Shown here: positions 15,601 through 27,600 of the stretch, piece after piece
Layout of the letters: each line of letters opens with the position of its first letter
Position numbering within the stretch: position 1 is the stretch's first letter
Assembly: GCF_964204645.1 (NCBI RefSeq)
Contig: NC_134034.1
Span: 6,112,914 to 6,176,913, forward strand
Direction: 5' to 3'
Length of the DNA stretch: 64,000 nt
Origin: Tubulanus polymorphus
Lineage: Eukaryota; Animalia; Nemertea
The notes under the pieces: generated by a model
Databases searched by the model: none
The model's input: the letters and a program-made list of their open reading frames with translations, nothing else
What the model was told of the DNA's origin: nothing
Program-made: the position numbers and the translations under genes

Positions 15601-18600
15601 ATTTTCGATGTTTACGGCCCAATAGTGCTTTTGTAACGTTGATTCTTCAAAATATGCATGGAGTATTTCGGGGATGAAAATCTTCCGACCATAGACGGAT
15701 TTCCGACTTTCTCTTATTTTCTTCATTCCTGAGATCAGTGTAAATCGCCTCAATCACGCACGTCACATCGGAGCGCTCCGTAGTTAGGAGTGCTCCTTAA
15801 GACAATTTTTGGCAGTAGTTAGCACATTTGTGGAGTCGGAGAAACCAATATGGCGTCTCATTCGAAAAGCGGCACTAATTCAGAATATATTCCGACTTTT
15901 TCAATATGGGCCGTTTTCATCCCTGGTATTTGTAGATCGAAGTGAGCTGAATGATATCAGACGGATTGTATCGGCAACAGCGGTAATGTAAAAAAGCCTA
16001 TGCACTTTTGACAAAAAAGTGTGGAAAAAAATAATAATAATAATAATAATGATAATAATAATCATGCGAATATCAATAGGGTTTTCTGTGAAGAAACAGA
16101 AAACCCTAACGATTGAGGAAATGTTGGGTAGACTATTTTATCCACGTATGAACCTCTGGAGGTGTGTTAGAGAAAACCTCCTCCAGTTAGCGCCTGGGCT
16201 AAATATTTTTGGGCCAGCCGTAGGCTGAGCCTATTACTATACAAATGGAGCGAATTTAAATGACATGGTTTCCAGAGCAAAGGCTCTTTGACGGTGCAAC
16301 TGACCATATATTCATACAAATCATTCATTAAAGCATTATCCATTCTCCCAATCCTATGAAGCTGAATTTTGAAAAAAGGGCCTTGTTAAAATTTAAAATC
16401 TGAATGCAAAGATATCTGTATTAAAGAAAAAAGCAAAGACTCCTCTATGATTGGCTTAGCCACAGAGATCAGCAGGTGTTCATGTGAACCCGCAGTTTTG
16501 TCTAAGTGTTATACTTTCGGTTATATTTTAAGGTTTAAGATTGTATTTCAAGATCGATTTCTGTGAAATCTTCAGTTGATTTGGTTTTTGGGAGAAATAT
16601 ATTTCCGTCAAGTACTGTACCCTTTCCTATGGTTTTTGCCAATATTTTCTAAATTTGGATTGATCGCCAATGGTTTTTCTATACGACCCGGCCCTGCGGT
16701 ATTGCATTTAGCCACCTGCGAAATCAGCCATCTTTTTTCTTGGCGTTCTCGCAGTAGAACGCGTTGGATTTTTTCGCTGTAAAAATCTGGGAATTAGGAT
16801 ATTAGAGAGTTTTCACTCTCATAACGGTGAGTCCGTTCGGTTTGGGGGTTATCCCTGGTTTCTATTTTTCCGTAAGAATTTTATTTACAAATATAATTTG
16901 ATTGAATTGAATTGTTTTGATTTGTAACAGGATAATTAAATTATGCCACCCCCTCCCAAGGGTCAGCATCGTGGCGGGGAGGGATGCGGGTATTTGTTTG
17001 GCGCCTGGGACAACCACGATTCATGTGCGTCGTGCAGGCGCAAATCCGGTCAAATATGTGCAAGGAGCAATCCTTGCAAGATTTGCGACGTGTGGTCAGA
17101 GGACCTTTGGCTTCGGGCCGATAAGGCTCTTAAACTAAGAGTTCACCGGTTTCGGCCGGTTCAGACTACATGTTCTGAACCGAGCGCGCGCCGCGGTAGT
17201 CGCGAACGGCCCGCACCGGTTTGGTCGGTACCGGTCCGGGTTGGGCATCGGTCCGGTTCGGGCACCGGTCCGGTCCAGACGTCCTCCGGTTCAAAACATC
17301 TGGTACGTTCATCGTCTGATTCTGATCGTTGCTCCGGGGATAGAGCTCGCTCTCCCACTAGATTTAGACGCCGTGAGCGTAATAAACGAGCAAGATCTCC
17401 TCGCAGATCAAGGTTTGATCGCGAGAGGGACTACGATCGTTATTGTCGGAAGTTTCGCTGTCGGTCTTCTCATCGTTCGTCGACGTCGGTTAGCGATGAA
17501 AGCGATTCTTCTACTAGTAGGTCGCGATCCCGTTCGAGGGACCGTCACCGAAGTCGGCATGATCGTCGGGATACCGGAAAATACCTGACTCAGAAGGATT
17601 TCCATGTATTTGAGGAGAAAATTTTAAACTTGTTATCTTCGTCGCAACAAGTCGCTGCAACCTCTACAACAGGTAAGCCTATTCCTGATTGTCCGGTTAG
17701 AAGTTCGCCAGCCCACTCAGTTCTTCGGAATTCTGACTCTGAATTCCTGGATGCTGCGGTAGGGTCTGATTTCAATGAGGATCCGGTCCCAGAAGCGGCA
17801 ATTCCTTCTGGGGTCGTTCCTGTCGCGAGCAATTGTGGGTTGCCCCAGGCGATGGGGGCTTCCCTGGCTCGCAATGTATCTCCGTCCCGTTCAGTTTTAT
17901 CCGAACCAGCGGGGGACATGCCATTTAGAGCGATGATAAGTGAGTTCTTTGTCACAACTCGCGCTAAGCCCACAGCAGCTCCTCTGGTCGGTGAGTCAAT
18001 GGAAGCTTATCGCCCTCCGGACTCCGATCTTAACGTTTTACGGGAATCGTCAGCGGTTTCGAGAGAATGGGCTCGATTGGATACGCAATTATGGGGTGAA
18101 TGTCGGCCTGGAATATTTTCATTTCCCTCTCCAGAACGGGGTATGAAATCTGGGAAATATTTTAGTTCTACCGATCCACCTATAGGCGCATTTCGCTCGG
18201 CGTATTACGCAACTCCAGGTGCTGTGGATCACAGTCATAACTGCCTGGATGCTGATTATACTTTGATCAGCCCGGATACTGTTACAGCACAGTCGGGTAT
18301 TCGTTTGCCTAAGTCCGGTTTGGTGGCCATGACGTCAATCCTGGACAATCTTACCAGGTTTGTTCGTTTCAAGATATGGCACTTAAGGTGTTGACGGGTG
18401 AGCTTCGCGAGACTCACGCCGCCGTTCATGCGGGCTCCGACCCAGAGTCAGTTGCCCTAAAACTGGAGGGAATGGACCGGATTATCCAATCTTTGGCTCG
18501 GTCTGTTTCGCATGTAATTCCGTTGTCGGTTCGGGGTCAGGCTAATCTTGTGTTAGCCTCCCGTCAGTCAGTGATGGACTCCAGTTCCAAAACTCGTCTA

Positions 18601-21600
18601 CCGGATATGGTGTCCAATGCTTTGCTGAGAGCCCCATTGGGGACGTCTTCACGTCTTATCTCCGGTTGGTGCGCTCCGGTTTCCGCAGAGCTGAGGAAGA
18701 TTCGGATGGTTCAGGCCAAGTCCAACCCCCGAACTCCGTGGAAAAAGCGTTCTGGTCCGACGCCGGCGGCGCAAGGTTCGGCACGGACGCAAACAGGACC
18801 ATCTCAAACTTCAGCGCTTTCTCAGGCGGCTTCGGATGCCGGTTGGAGAACTAGCGCACAACTTCAACAATTGTGTCAAGCCTCGTCCGGTCGTAACAGT
18901 TCCGGTTCGTATCGAGGCAAAGGGAAGGCTCCAAAAAGGGGCTCTTTCTTTCGGAAAAACTCGAAATGAATTCTTGGGACCAGTGGGAGGTTGTCTGCAG
19001 CAGGCAGCAACCCACTGGTCCGACCTCTTTGGAGACGGTTGGCCCTCCCGGGTCGTCTCTCGTGGCTACCGTCTCCGTTTCCTAAGGCAACCGCGCCTGA
19101 TGAGGTCACCTCCCGACATGCGGCCAAAACCAGGTCAGGAGAACTTTATCTCTCCGGCTCTCAAGGAATTGGCCGAGAAGGGAGCGATAGAACCAGTTTG
19201 CAACGAAACTTCTCCCGGCTGGTTTTCTCGAATATTCATGGTACCAAAGGCCACAGGGGGTCAACGGACAGTGATAGATCTGTCATCCCTCAATCGGCAC
19301 CTAGACATTCCAAGGTTCCAGATGACCAAGCCCAAGGACGTGATTCAAGGGCTCCATCCGGGTCAATGGGCGGCTTCATTGGACCTGAAAGATGCTTACT
19401 TTCAGGTTCCAATTCACCCAAAATCTCGGAGATTTTTCAGGATAAAGTGGAAAGGCATTTGGCCTCAGTACGGCCCCGTGGGTTTTCACCAAGTTGGTCA
19501 AGTCAGTTCAGAAGGTACTTCAGTCAAGGGGTGTTCGACTTTTCGTTTACCTCGACGACTGGTTAATAGTCGCGAATTCGGCTCAGGAATGTCGGGAGGC
19601 AATGACCTCAGTCTTGGACTTAGTCCATCAGCTAGGGTTCCGCGTAAACAGGGAAAAATCTCAGTTGACGCCGGCCCAACAGTTCACTTATCTCGGCATG
19701 GACTTCGATCTCCAAATCGGCGAAGTCTTTCCGTCTATGGTTCGAGTAGCCAAACTTCAAGAAGCTGTAGCGGGAGTGTCCACAACCCCGAGAACAGCTC
19801 GTTACTGGTCATGGCTCCTAGGCTCCATCAGCTCCATGGGTCTGGTGGTGCCCTTAGGCCGCCTCAGAAGCAGGCGCTTGCAACAATATTGGAAGGTCTT
19901 CTGGTCTCAGTCGAAGGGCAACTGGGAGGCCTTGATTCCCGTACCTCCAACCGATCTAAGTCCGGATCTTCAGTGGTGGGCGGCAACTACGAATCTTCGG
20001 CTCAGGGTGTCACTAGCCCCGTTAGAGGCTCCAGTTCGTGTATTCACGGATGCCAGTCACCAAGGATGGGGGGCACATCTGGAGAACCGAGTCCGGGAGA
20101 TGGTCTCGCTACGAGGCCACCAACCACATAGGGCCACCATGTTTGGTTAGCCACAGACAATTCAACAGTGAGGGCTTACCTTCAGAACCAAGGGGGCACT
20201 CACTCAGAAACCCTCACAGGTCTGTCGGCCAAAATTCTTCTTTGGTGCCAGTCAAAGGGCGTGTCCCTGACTGTGGCACATTTAGCAGGGAAAAGGAACG
20301 TGATGGCCGATGCTCTGTCTCGTCGAGGTCAGGCTATTGCGACAGAATGGGTTCTCCACCAAGAAGTAGCCGATCGGGTTCGGGGCATGTTTGGCAATCC
20401 GCTGCTGGATCTGTTTGCCACCCGGTTCAATCGGAGGTGTCCTCTGTTTGTGTCCCCGTTTCCAGACACGGAAGCGTGGGGGGTCGATGCCTTCTCTCTG
20501 GACTGGTCGGGGATGCATGCGTATGCGTTCCCGCCCACACCAGTCCTGCCGCGCTTACTGGATCAAATAGAGAGATCAGTCAATTGCAACATAGTTCTGG
20601 TAGCACCATGTTGGCCGGCTCAGAAATGGTTCCTACCACTTCTCAACCTACTGTGCGACAACCCCAGGATTCTTCCGAATTTCCCATCGCTTCTGTCTCA
20701 GGGGAACTTTCGGCATCATCCAAACAGCCAGTGGTTAAATCTGCTCGCCTGGCCATTGTCCAGCGATCCTTGTCAGCTTCAGGCTTTTCAGAACAGGCTG
20801 CCTCCTTTATCGCAGGATCTAAGCGGCCATCAACAAGTACCATTTACGATGCCAAATGGAGTCATTTTGCGGATTGGTGTGCTGCAGGGGAAATTGATCC
20901 ATGCTCACCCTCTGTAGCTCAATTGGCAGATTTTTTACTGCACCTATTTGTAGTAAAAGGTTTGCAGGTCATAACTATTAAAGGTTACCGCTCCGCGATT
21001 TCTCATACATTGCGTGCTTCTGGATGGCCAAATGTAGCAGGGGATCATCGGATATCCCAGCTGGTTGCAGGGTTTTCTATTTCCCGGCCTCGGGTACCAA
21101 GGACAGCTCCACCATGGGATCTGTCTGTAATTTTGAAGAAGTTTATGGAGGCTCCATTTGAACCTCTTTCGGCAGCGTCATTTGCAAATTTGTCAAAAAA
21201 GACTGAATTTTTGCTGTTCTTGGCTTGCTCGGCCCGTCGCTCTGAGATTCATGTGCTTTCAGTCCGACAAGGTCATATTGTCTTTGGGCAAGCGAAGGAA
21301 TTTGTTTCGCTGCGGCCTGCTTTGGAATTTTTGGCAAAGAACCAACGACCAGGCTCGGTTGGGCGTCAATGGCGAATTGAAGCCCTAAAACATCGAGTGG
21401 AACCGGGCATCCCGGACAGGACTTTATGTCCTGTGCGGGCGTTGTGTTTCTATTTAGATCGCTCTGCTTCACGGAGGGGCACGAGAGCGTTATTTATTCC
21501 GCTGCTGGATCACCTAAAGGGTGATATTTCGCGGGACACAGTGGCCCGATGGGTCTCTTCACTAATCAAGGACATTTTATTGAAGGAGAATCTTTCCTCG

Positions 21601-24600
21601 GAGGGAGTGGTTTCTCATCAAGTGAGGTCTATGGCTACTTCCTGCGCAGCCTTTTCGGGCGTTGGAGGAAGTCTGTCGGGCCGCCTTTTGGAATTCTCCA
21701 TCGACATTCACGTCATTTTATTAACGGGATGTTTCAGGCCAGTTAGGCTCATTAGCTTCACTTGGTCCTGTTGTCATGGCTCAAGGTGTCCGTTCTTTCC
21801 GATCGGATCCTTTAGTGTAGAATATTTATGTTGCATTATCAGGATCACAGGGGGTGTATCCTTGTACATAGTTTGGGCTCATATCTGCAAGTATTAATTT
21901 CGCAAAATTCTGGGGGGGGCCCCTGAGCTGGACGGACTCACTGTGGCCAACCGGTCTTCCCTGTGCTACAGTGTTCCATTCCGTGCTTGGGTAAGTGCTC
22001 TCTTTTTCCCTCTTACCTTGCGTTTGAGCGGTGGTTTTTCTATCTACCTTTCCCACCATCCTTGTGCTAGGCTAGTCTAGCAAAAACCACAGGAAAGGGT
22101 ACAGTACTCGACGGAAATATTACAATTTTTGGAACTAAAATTTGTATTTCCGAGTAGTACTTACCCTTTCCTATGGTGGGAATCCCGCCCACCTGCCCCG
22201 CATAGCTGTTTTTCTTGGTCTGCTATGACGTAAAAAGATGGCGGATTTCGCCGGTGGCTAAATGCAATACCGCAGGGCCGGGTCGTATAGAAAAACCATT
22301 GGCGATCAATCCAAATTTAGAAAATATTGGTAAAAACCATTGGACAAATTTTAGTTCCAAAAATTGTAATTTTAAGATGCACTTCAGAAAATGTCATTGA
22401 CAATTATGCAGTTGTGGAAAAATAGCTTTTTCTCAAATCGGAGGGATGACCTTGATATGTTAATTAGCCATGTGCTCAAACTGCAAATTCAATCAAATTT
22501 TATTCTGCAAAAAATATCAAATCCAATTCAATTTTACTATATTGAACAAATGAAACATCAAATCCAATTCAATTTAGTTTTATTGATCAAATTTCAGAAA
22601 ATTCTATTCTGTTCCGCATTCAAATCAATAAGACCAAGGGAAATGATTTATCTGAGGTATTTGTCTCTGCCAGCTCCAGTAGCTGTTTGTCCTGCAATTG
22701 TATTGTGTAAATTATAGGTATTGACTCAAATAACCCACAGAATTTGTAATTTGCCATTTTATGAAATGCTGACAGGCTGGCCATAGTGCCCCTTGGGGTT
22801 CTTTTTTATGTGCGCCAATTGGCTAAATGAACAAATGTATTGAAATCTAAAAAAGGGGCAATGAATCGTGATAAGTGTTAATTTATAGTAATAGATTGTT
22901 GAATTTCATTTTTATTAGGACGTTCGTTAGACGAACGTCCTTATGTGATCGGTTTGCCGGTTGATGACGCACTTCCGATTTGGTTGACAGCCGTTTAAGG
23001 TCGTTTTAAAGTTAGTTAGTTAGTTAGTTAGAGATTTCCTCAAATTCCGCATCAGAAATGGTGTCTTCAAGTTGGGATTGAATTTGGTTAAAAATAGTTG
23101 GTTAGTTTTTGCTGTGCCCTCTTGAAAAAATGCTCTTCACGCCGTTTATGTGACATCACACATCACGTGTTGCTTTATGACGTAGAGGGTATAGTGATCG
23201 ACAGAAGTGCCATTTTTAAAATCGTTGTATCGTGGATGTTAACTTTAGATTAGAGGACCGTACGAAGTCTCTTTAAAGGTGAGTGTCAACATATATGGAG
23301 ACTTAACTTAATTCTTTGTGAGCGCATAGAGGCCCAGTGAGAATCTAGAGACGTTCGCAGCATTGAAAATTACGCAATGGTCCGCTCGACATGCACACAC
23401 ATGCTGTCAGTTTGACCTACGTGACTAAATACAGCCGCCATGAATCAGAAGCAATCCACTTCAAATTTTATGAAGTGAATATCATAATTATTATTTATCC
23501 GATATACACCAAAAAACCTTTAAGAGAAAGGTATTTGGCGTCAGATTCTGTACCGAAAATCCCGGATTGTTACACTGCATAGTTTTTTTAGTAGGGTTCT
23601 TTTAACATTTTGCCTATGAGCCATTTGATTGACACGTGGGGCGGGGCTTGCGATCTGCCGATGACGTCAGATGTAAACGATAATATAACCACGTGCATCG
23701 CGCACATCTGTAAACAAACCTGACAACAAATTAGATTTTTTGGCGCCAAAACTTTTTTGATTTTTTCTTTTGTCCAATGATTTTTCAACTGGAGCCAACT
23801 GCTATGCCATTAGATTGTACAATCAAGTATTCACGTTTTATAGACTCTCTCTGAAATAATTCTTGTCCAGGGGACATGTATTGAAATATCAATTGTCGTT
23901 GTTTTTGTTTTTTTTTATTTTTAGGATATAAACAGCCTAGAAGAAACATCATCTGGCAGACACACATTTGACTACAGATCATATCCTGTTATTAAATGTG
24001 TTTGATAAATATTTTACTCAAGTTTTCTTGCCATTAATACTTCCTGACTACTTTTATTTTATGGTTATCTAAGTGCAAGGCAAACATTGGTGGGGTTCCT
24101 TTGGCCCTCCGAATATATAGGACCAAAAGGGGTATTTTATGACATTTGGATTTACTTTTGCTTAGAAAATCTATTCAAATACTTTTTGGTGGGCACATTC
24201 AAATTCTGAAGGGTAGGACTAGTCCAACCCCTAAATCCACTTGCATTCAGTCTCAACGTTAAAACCTTCACCGGCCTCCTACTCAATTTTTTGAGTAAAT
24301 GTAAAACTTAAGGCAGAATTTATGGTTGATTCCTCGATTTTTGAATCCCAAAGAATAATTTTTGAATTACGCAGTAGGATGACACTTGAATAGCCGGTAT
24401 TCAAATTTTCCAATCAATGTGGGGGTGTCTAGGTCTATATGCGTTTCACAAACGAACGTCCTCTTTTAAAGTTTCTTTCTAGTTTCATACACATCTTGAT
24501 ATTTCTAAATTTTCTGCAAAGTCATGGAAATATGATTTATTTAAAGACCTGATCTTAAAGCATTTGAAATCTGGAATTGATTGAAGGACAGGTTTTAAAT

Positions 24601-27600
24601 CTTTTATAATTTGTGAAACTGTCGCGTCAGACCCCTAGGAGCTCTTGTTGGGTCTTTCAACCAAAATAATGAAATGACATCCAATTAGACCAAACTGTCA
24701 GCTACAATGATTGACAATCCTGAGTATCACTATCATATCTCGGTAATGATTCTCAAATTTTTCACCATCAAAACACTCAAAAGTCCTTAAAAAGAATTTT
24801 TAGCTTGTGCAATGTATTATATATACTTGGATTGTATAACTCGAAGTTATATCAATATCTGCACTAGGTAACCCATTAGCACTCAAGCTGCCCGCATCCG
24901 CACTCAAGCCGCCAAGACATCAAGATATTGATGTCATCATAATAATATATTAGCCATTTAGAGAAACAATCAACAATAATGAGGTAGTGTTTACCTCCAA
25001 TATCACCCAAATCTACATGAATCCTCTCCCATGGACCATTTTTGGTCGCCATTAACTGGAGCATGTCTCATGCTAAGACACAAATGACAGTTTTGTACTA
25101 AATTTTCAATATCTTGATCAATGCCTGGATACCACAAATAATTTATTGCTAGTGACTTGATACAAATAATGCCAAAATATTCCGAGCGTCATCTGAGTCA
25201 TCCCACATGAACTGTTTGAATTTGTTTGTATTGCAACCCTCATCCCTCGAAGTACACAACACTGATCTATAGATGATTTTTACCGCACCTACAGTAAGGC
25301 AAAATATCAGAATCTTTGCAGTGATTAGGCCAACCATTCAGTATGTATTGATAAACTTTCGACATCGTTGGATCCTTTCTAGTCTCAGACTAAATGTCTA
25401 CATCATTGATAGGTAGCATGTTAACTTATGTTTAATAATCAATATCTACGGTACAGCTTAGAATTAATTTAACAAAAATTGCACATCGTTTGCGTGTTGA
25501 ACGCGTTGCGTTTTCATTTATCGTAGCAATTGAAACGCATGGTACACGCGATTTGAACGCACTTTAAAACCGATACAACGATGTACGGTACACATTAGAT
25601 TTCATTTCAAAAGGCCAATCAATTTCTGTTTAAACGTAAACGAAACAGAAAATAAACGTTAATGATGTTAATTTAATTCTAAGCTGTACAGTAGTTTCAT
25701 TGCTTCCATCTTAGCATTAGGATTAGGAAACCTACACAGAATGTGACAGTTTTCATGATTTTTATCATTTCTGTGTACAATGTTATAGTCATACGCCATT
25801 AAGAAAAGTGACCAACTTTAATTACCGGAGAGCTACTAGGGCATGACTTCCTGTTTTGGAACCAAATTTTGTAACAAATGGTTTTGTGGTCTGTTACCAA
25901 CCAAAACCTTCTACCATATAGGTACTTGTGAACTTGCTTGACTCCATAAATAATTGAAAGAGCCTCACACTCAATATGGGCATAATTGCGTACCGGAGGA
26001 GTCAAACTACATAGGGCCTATGCTATAGGCAAGGAGATTGCATATAATTGTGTGACTTATTGGCAGAGTACTATGGCACGAACCTGGTTACTAATATAAC
26101 CACAGTATCGAAGCCCTTGGGATTCTTGTTTTGTTAATTAAAATTTTGTTGACTTTTTCATTTCTGAAGTGAATATTTCCTATTTGCTTATCAATGTTTT
26201 CTTTTTCAATTATTGTATACTGGTAATTTTATATGTATATTGATATTGTATATTTGTAGGGTGGTAGAAAACGTGGCGTAAGTTTTAGTAGAGAATACTA
26301 CAGCTGTTCCATTCTATTTTTTTTTTCAATCTGGTGGCGAAGTAACTTTTTGTTGCCTTTCTTTGCATTATTGTTTTTATGGTTGTAGTGATTATTACCA
26401 TTTTGGATTTAGCTCCTATACATATTCTGATTATAAACCATAATCTATATTCTTTGTATTCTAAACTCAATAAAGTATATCCCGGATATGCAGTCATTAT
26501 TGCCAATTGAATCTAATTCAGTATACTAAGTGTATGTCACCATATTATAGTAAAGTCGTTTGCAGAATTATCGTTTTAGCTATTTTAAACTCAGCAAGGT
26601 GGACTGTAGCAATAATGAAAGTTATTAGATTTAGTGACCTGTTATATTGAGGGAGACAGTTGCTACTCATATCAATGTCATTGAGAATATAGCTGCAAAG
26701 AATTATTTATCAATATCTAAATTTTGGCAATATCTGCCTGAATAGCTCATAGAGGGGGGAATTGAGCAGTCATTCATTTAACTCTTTGCCTGCCAGGCCT
26801 TTTTTTTCAGAAAATGCTGCGCTTTTCCATGATTTCTGTTTTTCAGAGATTCATAAAACAAAAACTAAAGAGATATCAAATTTGTTTATTTTGTTCATCT
26901 GGCCTTGCTTTTTCATGTGAAATAAGCAGCATTTCTTCTAAGAGTGATAAAATCTGCAACAATGACCTATGCAGAGGGGGTATTTTGCATAAAATATGCC
27001 CATTCATGCGTGTTCAGCCCCCATTTGAATAGATGATGTTACTAACACACTGCATAGAACGACTGATAGTTTGTTTTAGTCGTAAAATGCATTAAACTAA
27101 CTGGTGTTGTGCGATGAATTTGCCATCTATCATTAAAGTTTAGAAACAAGTAAACCGTACCAGTACAGTTTTGCCAGGCAAGTGATGGGTGATATCGAAT
27201 GTACCAGTACGTTTTTGGCAGGCAATGAGTTAAGGTTGTGTTGCAGATGAATATATGTTTGAAAACGTTAAGGAAAGATTGTGAATTTATATCTTTTCTG
27301 ATGAACTTTGAATATGGTGTCATTTTGTTTAGAAGTTAGTCTTTATTTTTATGCTACTTGGGCATAGCCCCAGCCAGCTATTACGTTCACTTTTCGTCCA
27401 TAGACGCAATCAACTTATTTGGGAAGTTTTGAAAATGCTTTGATATACTGTCTTAATTTTTGGTTGATACATGCATCTATCTTAAGACTCACCAGCTGGC
27501 CTAATAATGGTCCAATCAGAATAACGATTACCTTGTGGCCTTTATTTTTCACCCAAAATAAGCTCTCTGCTTATATTCACTGTTTTCAAGGTCAATTTTA

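Larger units (their letters stand above)
16599..22370 (+). mobile_element. DIRS1-type tyrosine-recombinase retrotransposon, full length (~5.8 kb), inactivated, sense orientation in the PDZ intron
   Basis: GC-rich block with gag, RT-RNaseH-MT and YR; inverted terminal repeats; internal complementary region; no target-site duplication, shared AT at both junctions. Confidence 0.95.

Noticed and set aside
17161-21472. Several antisense and short alternative ORFs within the DIRS element
   Set aside because: Expected by-products of GC-rich coding sequence, with no motifs.
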